Shown here: in pieces, positions 1-9,011 of the stretch
Position numbering within the stretch: the first letter of the stretch is position 1
How the letters are laid out: each line of letters starts with the position of its first letter
Assembly: GCA_033854925.1 (NCBI GenBank)
Contig: JAWWPK010000120.1
Span: 1-40,749 of the forward strand
From: Nocardioidaceae bacterium
Lineage (GTDB): Bacteria; Actinomycetota; Actinomycetes; Propionibacteriales; Nocardioidaceae
Reading direction: 5' to 3'
DNA: 40,749 nucleotides
Made by a program: the position numbers and the translations under genes
The notes under the pieces: model-generated
Databases searched by the model: none
What the model was told of the DNA's origin: nothing
The model's input: only the letters and a program-made list of their open reading frames with translations

Positions 1-1201
1 CCACGAGGTTGTGGTGCAGGTAGCGCCCGGCCGGCCGCCGGATCACGAACGACACGATCGAGAGCCGCTCGGCGTCCGGGTTCCCGAGCACCTCGATGGC
101 CGGATGCGCGCGCCAGGCGGTCACCGCGCGGCGCAGGAAGTCCTCCTCGTGGGCGCGGATGGTCTCGACGCCCACGGCGTCCTTGAGGGCGAACACCAGC
201 CCGGCCCGGATGGACTCGACGATCGCCGGGGTGCCGCCCTCCTCGCGGTGGGCGGGGTCGGTGACGTAGCGGTGCTCCTGCGGGTTGACGTAGGAGACCG
301 TGCCTCCGCCGACCACGTCCGGCACCGAGTTGGTGAGCAGCCGCCGGCTCACGACCAGGACGCCGGGCGTGCCCGGGCCGCCGATGAACTTGTGCGGCGA
401 CATGAACAGCGCGTCCTTGCGGGCGGCCGGGTCGCCGTCGTGGGGGTTCATCTCGATGTCGACGTAGGGCGCCGCCGCGGCCACGTCCCAGAGCGCCAGC
501 GCGCCGTGCTCGTGCAGGAGCCGGGTGATGGCGTGGGTGTCGGTGACGATCCCGGTGACGTTGCTGGCCGCGCTGAACGAGCCGATCTTGAGCTCGCGGT
601 CGGCGTACCTCTCCAGCTCGGCGCCCAGCTGCTCGACGTCGATGTGGCCGTCGGCGTCCTCGTGGATCGTCACCACGTCGCCGATCGACTCGCGCCAGGG
701 CAGCTCGTTGCTGTGGTGCTCGTAGGGGCCGATGAAGACCACCGGCCGCTGCTCGCGCGGGATCCGGGCGGACAACTGGTGGCGGTGGTCGAGGTCGGCC
801 GGCAGCCGGATGCCGAGGATGCCCACCAGCTTGTCGATCGCCGCCGTGGTGCCGCTGCCGCAGAAGATCACCACGGTGTCGTCGTCGCCGTTGACCGAGC
901 GGTGGATCTGGGCGCGGGCGTCCTCGCGCAGCCGGGTGGTCTGCAGCCCGGTGCCGCTGCTCTCGGTGTGGGTGTTGGCGTAGCGCGGGAGCACCTCGTT
1001 GCGGACGAAGTCCTCGATGAAGCCGAGGGCACGGCCGCTGGCCGTGTAGTCGGCGTACGTCACCCGGCGCGGGCCGAACGGCCCGTGCATCAGCTGGTCG
1101 TCACCGATCACCGACTCCCGGATCCGGCGCAGGATCGGCGGGTCGGTCAGGTCGGGATCGCGCGGCGGGATGGCGCACCAGTCCGCCGCACCCGCACCCA
1201 T
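1..1201 (-). CDS. Aminotransferase class V / cysteine desulfurase-like PLP enzyme (partial, runs off window start)
   Basis: Not in ORF track because it is open-ended. My translation of the minus strand from ATG 1201 gives YADYTASG, YANTH, EHHSN..PW, SNVTG, SPHKFIGGPG (PLP lysine) and EEGGTP motifs. TAGGGT lies 6 nt upstream. Confidence 0.88.
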   Translation of the reverse strand, partial: MGAGAADWCAIPPRDPDLTDPPILRRIRESVIGDDQLMHGPFGPRRVTYADYTASGRALGFIEDFVRNEVLPRYANTHTESSGTGLQTTRLREDARAQIHRSVNGDDDTVVIFCGSGTTAAIDKLVGILGIRLPADLDHRHQLSARIPREQRPVVFIGPYEHHSNELPWRESIGDVVTIHEDADGHIDVEQLGAELERYADRELKIGSFSAASNVTGIVTDTHAITRLLHEHGALALWDVAAAAPYVDIEMNPHDGDPAARKDALFMSPHKFIGGPGTPGVLVVSRRLLTNSVPDVVGGGTVSYVNPQEHRYVTDPAHREEGGTPAIVESIRAGLVFALKDAVGVETIRAHEEDFLRRAVTAWRAHPAIEVLGNPDAERLSIVSFVIRRPAGRYLHHNLV

Positions 1202-1224
1202 GGGTGGACCCTACGACGCTGGGC

Positions 1225-1815
1225 TCACGAGTGGGGTCCCCAGCGCGTGCAGACCCAGCCATCAGCATCGGCGAGCACCTCGACGGTTGCGGTGTTCTCG
1301 AGCTCGGCCGGCTCAGCTCGCATACGGCAAAGCGCGGGGACGCCTACGCGGAGCGTGCCCCCGTGCGAGACGACGAGCACGGTCTCACCCGGGTGCGCAT
1401 CCGAAATCTCCGCCATGACCTCGCGCAGCCGGGCGACCATCTCCGCGGCTGACTCCCCGCCTGGCACCCGGGCCTCGAGGTCACCTGCTAGCCAGCGATC
1501 GTAGGTCGCCAGCACCGGATCCAGATCGTGCGGACGCTCGGCCAGGTAGCCCGGGTCGAACTCGCGCAGACCAGAGCGGGTGGTGACTGCCACGCCGAGC
1601 CGGGCAGCTGCGATCTCGGCGGTCTGAACGGCCCGCGCCAGCGTGCTGGTGTAGACGTGGGCCACGCGGTCGCGGGCGAGGGATGATCCGAGTGTTTCCG
1701 ACTGGCGGCGGCCGAGAGCCGTCAAGCTTCCACCCTCGGTCCATTCGTTGGCTTCGTACTCCGCCTCACCGTGCCGCGCGATCACCAGCGTGGCCGCGCA
1801 CTGGAGGGCGGTCAT
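1225..1815 (-). CDS. Histidine phosphatase (phosphoglycerate mutase-like) family protein
   Basis: ARHGE, STLARAVQTA, LRE, PGGES and VSHGG motifs; 4-nt overlap with the upstream gene. Confidence 0.9.
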   Translation of the reverse strand: MTALQCAATLVIARHGEAEYEANEWTEGGSLTALGRRQSETLGSSLARDRVAHVYTSTLARAVQTAEIAAARLGVAVTTRSGLREFDPGYLAERPHDLDPVLATYDRWLAGDLEARVPGGESAAEMVARLREVMAEISDAHPGETVLVVSHGGTLRVGVPALCRMRAEPAELENTATVEVLADADGWVCTRWGPHS

Positions 1816-2603
1816 GGGCGAGTCCCCGCGATCCGGTCGACCACGAGCCGCGGCACGAGGTGGTCGTCATCGCCGGCAGACCACTGCGGGAAGTCGAAGA
1901 CGGCGAGCATCAGCTGGAGCGGGTACGTCGGCGGGCGCGGGCAGCGGCGGACCACGACGCCGTCCACCGTGAACACCGCCGCGTCTGCGTCCCACTCGAC
2001 GGCGTACAGGTGGGCCTCGGTGACGTCGACTGGGAGCCGTGGGGCCTCGAAGTCCTGAGCGAGCGCCGGGTCACGGAACGCCTTGATACCGACGCCGATC
2101 TCGGCCGACGGATGGTCCACCGGGCCGAGCGCGTTGCCGAACACCTCGAAGACACAGAGCTCGCCGCACCGCTCCTGTGCGTCGTCGTCCTCGAACCCGC
2201 TCATCCAGAGCGCGGCCATCGAGCGTGGGGAGAGCTGCATCCGCGCGGAGATCTCGACCCGGCCGCTGGTGGGCAGCCAGCCCTCGAACCGCTGCTGCTC
2301 CTCGCGCACCAGCTGGCCCTCGCGGAACCGCTGTTGGCCGTACGCCGTGCCGGCCGGTCCGGACCAGCTGCCGGACTGGATGCCCGAGACGCGCACCGGA
2401 GGGTCGTGGTCGCCCTCGCACCAGTTCGGGTGGTCGACGGGGACGTCCAGGGTCAGTCCATCGCGGCTCACGCGGTAGCTCGCGCGGGTCTGCTCGCGTG
2501 ACGACCAGGCGGGGAGGTAGTGCGGGAACCACGTCTCCCGGTCCAGGTCCGGACCGGCGAACCGGTCCTCCAACCAGGCTCCGACTCCGGCTCCGAGCAC
2601 CAT
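1812..2603 (-). CDS. Glycoside hydrolase family 16-like protein (atypical catalytic motif)
   Basis: GRVEISARM, ALWM, GELCVFE, HLYAVEW, FTVDG and LVVDRI match the GH16 beta-jelly-roll pattern. No signal peptide apparent. Confidence 0.72.
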   Translation of the reverse strand: MVLGAGVGAWLEDRFAGPDLDRETWFPHYLPAWSSREQTRASYRVSRDGLTLDVPVDHPNWCEGDHDPPVRVSGIQSGSWSGPAGTAYGQQRFREGQLVREEQQRFEGWLPTSGRVEISARMQLSPRSMAALWMSGFEDDDAQERCGELCVFEVFGNALGPVDHPSAEIGVGIKAFRDPALAQDFEAPRLPVDVTEAHLYAVEWDADAAVFTVDGVVVRRCPRPPTYPLQLMLAVFDFPQWSAGDDDHLVPRLVVDRIAGTRP

Positions 2604-2667
2604 GCCGTCACGCTAACGACGCGCGCCCGGGTTCGGGAACAGGGGCTCCGAGCGGTAGTGTTGATCC

Positions 2668-3006
2668 TTGGTGGCGAGCGAACCGGTCCGGACGTGCATC
2701 GGATGTCGGGCGCAAGTCGCCAAGCGCGAGCTGGTGCGGGTGACCGTCGGCTCGGATCCGCACGGCCGGCTGGCCGTCGTACCCGATCCGCAGGGCACCG
2801 CTCCCGGCCGCGGGGCGCACCTGCATCCCACGGCCGAGTGCTACGAGCTCGCTGTGCGCAAGAAGGCGTTCGGCCGGGCCCTCCGTATCTCAGGAGGGGG
2901 TGCCTCGGGAATGCCGGACAGCGTGGCAGTGAGCAGCTACATCACCGCGCGTGATCAGACAGAACAGACCGAAGACCGAGAAGAAGGCTGGAGCAGCGGC
3001 TCATGA
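2668..3006 (+). CDS. ylxR: YlxR/RnpM (DUF448) RNA-binding protein
   Basis: PVRTCIGCR..KRELVR and GRGAHLH..C motifs; directly upstream of infB. Start is TTG 2668 or GTG 2671, preceded by TAGTGT at 2656-2661. Confidence 0.9.
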   Translation: MVASEPVRTCIGCRAQVAKRELVRVTVGSDPHGRLAVVPDPQGTAPGRGAHLHPTAECYELAVRKKAFGRALRISGGGASGMPDSVAVSSYITARDQTEQTEDREEGWSSGS

Positions 3007-3048
3007 GCACTCGATGAGTACTTCCCGATGAGTTTGCACAACCGCTAA
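3003..3048 (+). promoter_or_regulatory. Chain of three ATGA-coupled mini-ORFs (MSTR*, MSTSR*, MSLHNR*) in the infB leader
   Basis: ATG 3003 overlaps the ylxR TGA, ATG 3014 overlaps TGA 3015-3017, ATG 3028 overlaps TGA 3029-3031, and the chain ends at TAA 3046-3048. The arrangement is seen directly; a regulatory role is inferred. Confidence 0.6.
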
Positions 3049-3049
3049 C

Positions 3050-3083
3050 GCCTCGAGGCAACACCCGAACCGGGTCTCGAGGC
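3050..3083 (+). promoter_or_regulatory. Hairpin just upstream of the infB Shine-Dalgarno
   Basis: GCCTCGAG (3050-3057) pairs with CTCGAGGC (3076-3083), and ACCCG (3063-3067) with CGGGT (3071-3075). SD AAGGAG at 3087-3092. Confidence 0.55.
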
Positions 3084-3096
3084 CAGAAGGAGAAAA

Positions 3097-5874
3097 GTGG
3101 CCAAGACCCGAGTTCACGAGCTCGCGAAGCTCTACAACGTCGAGAGCAAGTTCGTTCTCGAGAAGTTGAAGGAGATGGGCGAGTTCGTCAAGTCTCCCTC
3201 CTCGACGATCGAGCTGCCCGTCGAGATGAAGTTCAAGAAGGAGTACGGCGACCAGCTGAAGTCCGCCGCCGACGCAGCCGCCCCGGCTGCTCCCGCGGAC
3301 GAGAAGCCGGCCGCCAAGAAGGCTCCCGCCAAGAAGGCCGCGGCCAAGAAGGACGAGCCCGAGCCCGAGGCCGGGCCCGAGGCCGTCGCGGCCCCCGTCG
3401 AGCCAGCCCCCGAGGTGGAGGCACCGGCCGCCGCCGAGCCGGCGACGCCCGAGCCCCCGGCAGAGCCCGAGGCCCCTGCCGCCTCCGCGGTCACCACCGA
3501 CGACGCCAGGCCGCCGGCCCCACGGCCGGTCGGCCGTCCCGGCGCTCCGCGTCCCGGCAACAACCCGTTCGCCTCCAGCCAGGGCATGGGCCGCCGCCCC
3601 GCGCCGCGCCCGGGCACCGAAGCCGCAGGCAGCGACGCTGCCGACGGCCAGCGCCCGCCGCGCCCGCCGGCCGAGGGCCGTCCCGGCATGCCGCGTCCCA
3701 ACCCGGCGATGATGCCCAAGTCCCCTGCCGCCTTCGGCGGCGGTCCCGCTGCTCGCGGAGCCGGCGGCCCCGGGCGCACTGGTGCGCCCGGTCGTCCCGG
3801 AGCCCCGGGTCGCGGGGGACCCCCCGGTCGCGGGGGTCCCGCGGGCGCCGGTGCCGGTGCTCCCGGTCGCGGTGGTGGCGGTGGCTTCGGCCCCTCCGGC
3901 GGTGGCCGCCCCGGTGGCGGTGGCCGTCCGGGCCAGCGTGGCTCCACCCAGGGCGCCTTCGGTCGTCCCGGTGGTCCTTCGCGCCGTGGCCGCAAGTCGA
4001 AGCGGGCCCGTCGCCAGGAGTTCGAGGCCATGGAGGCCCCGACGATCGGCGGCGTGCGCGTCCGCAAGGGCAACGGCGAGACCGTCCGGCTGCCCCGCGG
4101 AGCCTCGCTGACCGACTTCGCCGAGCGGATCGGCGTCGACGCGGCCCAGCTCGTGCAGATGCTGTTCAGCCTGGGCGAGATGGTGACCGCGACCGAGTCG
4201 GTCAACGACGCGACGCTGGAGCTGCTCGGTGAGGAGCTCAACTACATCGTCGAGGTCGTCTCGCCCGAGGACGAGGACCGCGAGCTGCTCGAGTCGTTCG
4301 ACCTCGAGTTCGGTGAGGACGAGGGCGACGAGTCCGACCTCGCCTTCCGGCCGCCGGTGGTCACCGTCATGGGTCACGTCGACCACGGCAAGACCAAGCT
4401 CCTCGACGCGTTGCGAGACGCCAACGTCGTCGACAAGGAGGCCGGTGGCATCACCCAGCACATCGGTGCCTACCAGGTCACCGCCGAGGTGGACGGCAAC
4501 GAGCGCCGGATCACCTTCATCGACACCCCCGGTCACGAGGCGTTCACCGCCATGCGTGCCCGCGGCTCGCAGTCCTCGGACATCGCGGTGCTCGTGGTCG
4601 CGGCCGACGACGGCGTGATGCCGCAGACGGTCGAGGCGCTCAACCACGCCAAGGCCGCCGGGGTCCCGATCGTGGTGGCGGTCAACAAGATCGACAAGCC
4701 CGACGCCGACGCCACCAAGGTCCGCGGCCAGCTGACCGAGTACGGCCTGGTTCCCGAGGAGTACGGCGGCGAAGCGATGTTCGTCGATGTCTCGGCCAAG
4801 GCCGGCACCAACCTCGACAAGCTGCTCGAGGCGATCGTGCTGACCGCCGATGCGTCGCTGGACCTGCGGGCGAACCCCAACCAGGACGCCCAGGGCATCG
4901 TGATCGAGGCCCACCTCGACCGCGGCCGGGGCCCGGTTGCCACCGTCCTCGTCCAGCGCGGCACGCTGCGCGTCGGTGACTCGATCGTCGCCGGCGCCGG
5001 TCACGGCCGCGTGCGGGCGATGCTCGACGAGCACGGCGACAACATCGAGGAGGCCGACCCGGGTCGCCCGGCGATGGTGCTCGGTCTGACCGCCGTGCCG
5101 GGCGCCGGCCAGACGTTCATCGTGGTCGAGGACGACCGGATGGCGCGTCAGATCGCCGAACGGCGCGAGTCCCGCGAGCGGGCGGCCATGCAGGCCAAGC
5201 GCCGCGTGCGTCGTACGCTCGAGGACTTCATGGCCTCCATGGAGAAGGGCGCCGAGAGCCAGGAGCTCAACCTGATTCTCAAGGGCGACGTGTCCGGTTC
5301 GGTCGAGGCGCTCGAAGACGCACTGGCTCAGATCTCGGTCGGCGACGACGTGAGCATCCGCATCATCGACCGCGGTGTCGGTGCGATCACCGAGACCAAC
5401 GTCGACCTGGCGGCTGCCTCCGACGCGATCATCATCGGCTTCAACGTCCGCCCGCAGGGCAAGGCGACGGAGCTGGCGGACCGCGAGGGCGTCGAGATCC
5501 GCTACTACTCGGTCATCTACCAGGCGATCGAGGAGATCGAGGCCGCCCTCAAGGGCATGCTCAAGCCCGAGTTCGAGGAGTCGACCCTGGGCCAGGCGGA
5601 GATCCGCGCGATCTTCCGCTCGTCGCGGCTCGGCAACATCGCGGGCTGCATGGTCACCAGCGGCGTCATCCGCCGCAACGCGAAGGTGCGGGTGATCCGC
5701 GACGGCGCGGTCGTGGCCGACAACCTCGACCTGGCCTCGCTGAAGCGCGAGAAGGACGACGCCACCGAAGTCCGCGAGGGCTTCGAGTGCGGCCTGGTGC
5801 TGCGCAACTTCCAGGACATCAAGGAAGGCGATGTCGTGGAGGCCTTCGAGATGAAGGAGATTCCGCGCGCCTGA
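3097..5874 (+). CDS. infB: Translation initiation factor IF-2
   Basis: N-terminal RVHELAK, GTPase motifs [13 protein letters not shown] and NKID, C-terminal GFECG; SD AAGGAG and GTG start. Confidence 0.99.
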   Translation: MAKTRVHELAKLYNVESKFVLEKLKEMGEFVKSPSSTIELPVEMKFKKEYGDQLKSAADAAAPAAPADEKPAAKKAPAKKAAAKKDEPEPEAGPEAVAAPVEPAPEVEAPAAAEPATPEPPAEPEAPAASAVTTDDARPPAPRPVGRPGAPRPGNNPFASSQGMGRRPAPRPGTEAAGSDAADGQRPPRPPAEGRPGMPRPNPAMMPKSPAAFGGGPAARGAGGPGRTGAPGRPGAPGRGGPPGRGGPAGAGAGAPGRGGGGGFGPSGGGRPGGGGRPGQRGSTQGAFGRPGGPSRRGRKSKRARRQEFEAMEAPTIGGVRVRKGNGETVRLPRGASLTDFAERIGVDAAQLVQMLFSLGEMVTATESVNDATLELLGEELNYIVEVVSPEDEDRELLESFDLEFGEDEGDESDLAFRPPVVTVMGHVDHGKTKLLDALRDANVVDKEAGGITQHIGAYQVTAEVDGNERRITFIDTPGHEAFTAMRARGSQSSDIAVLVVAADDGVMPQTVEALNHAKAAGVPIVVAVNKIDKPDADATKVRGQLTEYGLVPEEYGGEAMFVDVSAKAGTNLDKLLEAIVLTADASLDLRANPNQDAQGIVIEAHLDRGRGPVATVLVQRGTLRVGDSIVAGAGHGRVRAMLDEHGDNIEEADPGRPAMVLGLTAVPGAGQTFIVVEDDRMARQIAERRESRERAAMQAKRRVRRTLEDFMASMEKGAESQELNLILKGDVSGSVEALEDALAQISVGDDVSIRIIDRGVGAITETNVDLAAASDAIIIGFNVRPQGKATELADREGVEIRYYSVIYQAIEEIEAALKGMLKPEFEESTLGQAEIRAIFRSSRLGNIAGCMVTSGVIRRNAKVRVIRDGAVVADNLDLASLKREKDDATEVREGFECGLVLRNFQDIKEGDVVEAFEMKEIPRA

Positions 5875-5879
5875 CCTAC

Positions 5880-5954
5880 CGCCGAGTCGGCGTTACTGCC
5901 CGTCATTAGCGCCGACTCGACGGGTTACTCGTCAGCAGCAACGCCGACTCGGCG
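5880..5954. repeat. REP-like intergenic inverted repeat
   Basis: CGCCGAGTCGGCGTTACTGC (5880-5899) pairs with GCAGCAACGCCGACTCGGCG (5935-5954) with one mismatch. A third degenerate copy, GCGCCGACTCGACG, lies in the loop. Confidence 0.7.
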
Positions 5955-5968
5955 AGGAGTAGGGAGAC

Positions 5969-6469
5969 ATGGTCAGTCCACGCGTCAGGAAGATCGCCGA
6001 CCGGATCCACGAGATCGTCGCCGAGATGCTCGAGCGGCGGATCAAGGACCCGCGGCTGGGCTTCGTCACGATCACCGACGTCCGCCTGACCGGTGACACC
6101 CAGCAGGCCACGGTGTTCTACACCGTGCTGGCCGGGGCGACCGGGCAACAGGACGACGAGACCGCCCTGGCTGCGACCGCCGCGGCGCTGGAGTCCGCCA
6201 AGGGGCTGATCCGGTCCGAGGTCGCCAAGCAGCTCGCCATGCGGCACTCGCCGTCGCTGGAGTTCGTGGCCGACGCGCTGCCCGAGACGGCCCGCCACCT
6301 CGACGAGGTGCTGGCCAAGGCCAAGGCGCTCGACGAGGAGGTCGCGGCCCGGCGTGGTGCGGCGTACGCCGGTGACGAGGATCCCTACAAGAAGCCCCGC
6401 GAGGTCCCGACCGACGAGGACGTTGTCGACGAGGACGACTCCGACAACGTCCCAGCCGAGGATGACTGA
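5969..6469 (+). CDS. rbfA: Ribosome-binding factor A
   Basis: [14 protein letters not shown] motif; lies between infB and truB. Confidence 0.97.
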   Translation: MVSPRVRKIADRIHEIVAEMLERRIKDPRLGFVTITDVRLTGDTQQATVFYTVLAGATGQQDDETALAATAAALESAKGLIRSEVAKQLAMRHSPSLEFVADALPETARHLDEVLAKAKALDEEVAARRGAAYAGDEDPYKKPREVPTDEDVVDEDDSDNVPAEDD

Positions 6470-7358
6470 GCCCGGGCGCACGTCTGGTCTGCTGGTCGTC
6501 GACAAGCCGCCCGGGATCACCTCGCACGACGTCGTGGCTCGGGTCCGGCGGCTGGCCGGCACCCGCAAGGTCGGCCATGCCGGGACCCTCGACCCGATGG
6601 CCACGGGCGTTCTCGTGGTCGGCATCGACCGCGCCACCCGGCTGCTCGGCCATCTCATGCTCACCGACAAGGCGTACGACGCCACGGTGCGGCTCGGCGT
6701 CGCCACCACGACCGACGATGCCGAGGGCGAGGTGATCTCGACCGCCTCGGCCGCGGCGCTGTCCGACGAGGACGTGCGCGGCGCACTGGCCGAGTTCGAA
6801 GGCGACCTGCTGCAGGTCCCCACCGCGGTGTCCGCGATCAAGGTCGACGGCAAGCGCGCCTACCAGCGGGTCCGTGACGGCGAGCAGGTCGAGCTCGAGC
6901 CGCGACCGGTCACTGTCCACGAGCTGGTCGTGCATTCGCTGCGGAGGGTCTCGACAGGCTCGACCAGCGGTGGTGACGTCATCGACGTCGACCTGTCGCT
7001 GCGCTGCACCAGCGGCACCTACGTCCGCGCCATTGCGCGGGACGCCGGTCTCCGGCTCGGGGTCGGCGGCCACCTGACGGCGCTGCGGCGTACTGCAGTG
7101 GGGCCCTACGGCCTCGACGTCGCCCGCACCCTCGACGAGCTCGCAGACCGCTTCGAGGTGCTGCCGATCGCGGCCGCCGCGCGTGCGGCGTTCCCCTCGG
7201 TCGACCTCGACGACGAGGCCGCGGGCGACGTCCGGGTGGGCCGCCCGCTCGACGTCGAGCTGTCCGGCCTCAGCGCGGTGTTCGCGCCCGACGGCGAGTT
7301 CCTCGCGCTGTACGAGCCGCGCGACGGACGTGCCCGTCCGGTGGCCGTCTTCGTATGA
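6462..7358 (+). CDS. truB: tRNA pseudouridine(55) synthase TruB
   Basis: [36 protein letters not shown] and GTYVRA motifs. Start placed at ATG 6462, overlapping the rbfA end. Confidence 0.97.
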   Translation: MTEPGRTSGLLVVDKPPGITSHDVVARVRRLAGTRKVGHAGTLDPMATGVLVVGIDRATRLLGHLMLTDKAYDATVRLGVATTTDDAEGEVISTASAAALSDEDVRGALAEFEGDLLQVPTAVSAIKVDGKRAYQRVRDGEQVELEPRPVTVHELVVHSLRRVSTGSTSGGDVIDVDLSLRCTSGTYVRAIARDAGLRLGVGGHLTALRRTAVGPYGLDVARTLDELADRFEVLPIAAAARAAFPSVDLDDEAAGDVRVGRPLDVELSGLSAVFAPDGEFLALYEPRDGRARPVAVFV

Positions 7359-8308
7359 GCCATAGAGTTTCGCGCGTGGAGATCTGGCGCTCGCTCGCCG
7401 ACGTGCCGGCCGACCTGGGCGGCACCGTCGTGACGATCGGCAACTTCGACGGTGTCCACCTCGGACACCAGCACGTGCTGGCTCGAGCCAGGGATGTAGC
7501 AGACGCACGTGGATTGACGTTGTTGGCCGTGATTTTTGATCCGCACCCGATGGCGGTGCTGCGGCCCGAGCACGCGCCCACCCAGCTCACCTCGATCGAG
7601 CGCCGGGCCGAGCTGTTGCGAGAGGTGGGGGCCGACCACGTGCTGGCGCTGCCCTTCGACCGCGACATGGCCGGCTGGACGCCGGACGAGTTCGCGCAGC
7701 GGGTCCTTGTCGACGCCGTCCACGCCGAGGCCGTGGTGGTCGGCGCGAACTTCCGCTTCGGCAGCAAGGCGGCCGGCGACGTGGCGACCCTGCAGGCGTT
7801 CGGCCGCGACCACGGGTTCGTCGCCGAGGGGATTCCGCTCGACGGCGGGCCGATGGTGTGGTCGTCGACCTACGTCCGCACCTGCCTGGCCGCGGGGGAC
7901 GTGGCCGGCGCGGCGGAGGCCCTGGGCCACCCGTACGCCGTGCGCGGCCTGGTCGTCCAAGGTGACCATCGCGGCCGCGAGCTCGGCTTCCCGACCGCCA
8001 ACGTGCCGACCGACGGCATGACCGCCGCCCCGGCCGACGGGGTCTACGCGGGCTGGCTGCGGCGGCTGGACACCGGCGAGAGCTACCCGGCCGCGATCAG
8101 CGTCGGCACCAACCCGACCTTCTCCGGCGTGCGGGAGCGCCGGGTGGAGAGCTACGTGCTCGACCGCACTGACCTGGAGCTCTACGGCGTCGAGGTGGAG
8201 GTCTCGTTCGTCGACCGGCTGCGCGGCATGGTCGCCTTCGAGTCGGTCGAGAAGCTGGTCGAGCAGATGCACGCCGACGTCGACAGAGCCCGCGAGCTCC
8301 TCTCCTAG
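7355..8308 (+). CDS. ribF: Bifunctional riboflavin kinase / FAD synthetase
   Basis: IGNFDGVHLGH, SST.VR, GRELGFPTAN and GTNPTF motifs. Confidence 0.97.
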   Translation: MSHRVSRVEIWRSLADVPADLGGTVVTIGNFDGVHLGHQHVLARARDVADARGLTLLAVIFDPHPMAVLRPEHAPTQLTSIERRAELLREVGADHVLALPFDRDMAGWTPDEFAQRVLVDAVHAEAVVVGANFRFGSKAAGDVATLQAFGRDHGFVAEGIPLDGGPMVWSSTYVRTCLAAGDVAGAAEALGHPYAVRGLVVQGDHRGRELGFPTANVPTDGMTAAPADGVYAGWLRRLDTGESYPAAISVGTNPTFSGVRERRVESYVLDRTDLELYGVEVEVSFVDRLRGMVAFESVEKLVEQMHADVDRARELLS

Positions 8309-8311
8309 GTC

Positions 8312-8977
8312 CTAGCGGCGCCGAGCCACCGTGACGCCGTCGCGGACCGGCAGCATGACCACGTCGACCCGGTCGTCGGCAGCGACGATCTCGTTGACCG
8401 CGCGGATGCCCACGGTGCGCTCGTCGTCGTCGGTGTTGTCGAAGACCCGCCCGCCGAGCAGCACGTTGTCGAGCAGCACCAGCCCGCCGGGCCGCAGCCG
8501 GCGCACCAGCTCCTCGTAGTAGGTCGGATAGCCCTCCTTGTTGGCGTCGACGAACGCGAAGTCGATGGTCGGCTCCTCGGGGAGCGCCGCAAGGGTGTCG
8601 GCGGCGGGCACCAGCCTCAGCTCGATCCGGTCGGCGACGCCGGCCTCGGCCCAGTAGCGCTGCGCCACCTGGGTCCACTCACCGCTGACGTCGCAGGCCA
8701 GCAGCCGTCCGCCCTCGGCCAGGCCGCGGGCGATGCAGATCGACGAGTAGCCGGTGAAGGTGCCGACCTCGACCGCGTTCCGGGCGCCGGTGAGCCGCGC
8801 CAGCATGGTCAGCAGCGCGCCCTCGTCAGCGCTGATCTGCATGCCCGCACTGTCCGAGAAGGTGCGCCTGGTCTCCTCGGCCAGCCGGGCCAGCACGTCG
8901 TCCTGGGCGGTGCTGTGCGCGAGGAGGTAGTCGCTGACGGTCTCTTCCGACGCGGCGACGTCCATGATGGTGATCAC
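8312..8977 (-). CDS. O-methyltransferase (caffeoyl-CoA OMT / Methyltransf_3 type)
   Basis: EVGTFTGYS, FAFVDANK and LDNVL motifs; TACCGT 6 nt upstream of the GTG start. Confidence 0.92.
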   Translation of the reverse strand: MITIMDVAASEETVSDYLLAHSTAQDDVLARLAEETRRTFSDSAGMQISADEGALLTMLARLTGARNAVEVGTFTGYSSICIARGLAEGGRLLACDVSGEWTQVAQRYWAEAGVADRIELRLVPAADTLAALPEEPTIDFAFVDANKEGYPTYYEELVRRLRPGGLVLLDNVLLGGRVFDNTDDDERTVGIRAVNEIVAADDRVDVVMLPVRDGVTVARRR

Positions 8978-9011
8978 GCCGCCACGGTACGTCGACCGTT
9001 AGCCTGCCCGC

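Noticed and set aside
11-1504. 497-aa plus-strand ORF
   Set aside because: Antisense shadow of the minus-strand aminotransferase and phosphatase; no recognisable motifs, and typical of high-GC codon bias.
3270-3990. Pro/Ala/Gly/Arg-rich repeats in the IF2 N-terminal region
   Set aside because: Normal low-complexity linker of actinobacterial IF2.
3001-5034. 677-aa minus-strand ORF, and similar long antisense ORFs at 16142..18655, 19106..21019, 20512..23226, 21420..23384, 25155..27401 and 31753..33555
   Set aside because: They overlap well-supported genes in antisense or alternative frames and give low-information, motif-free translations.
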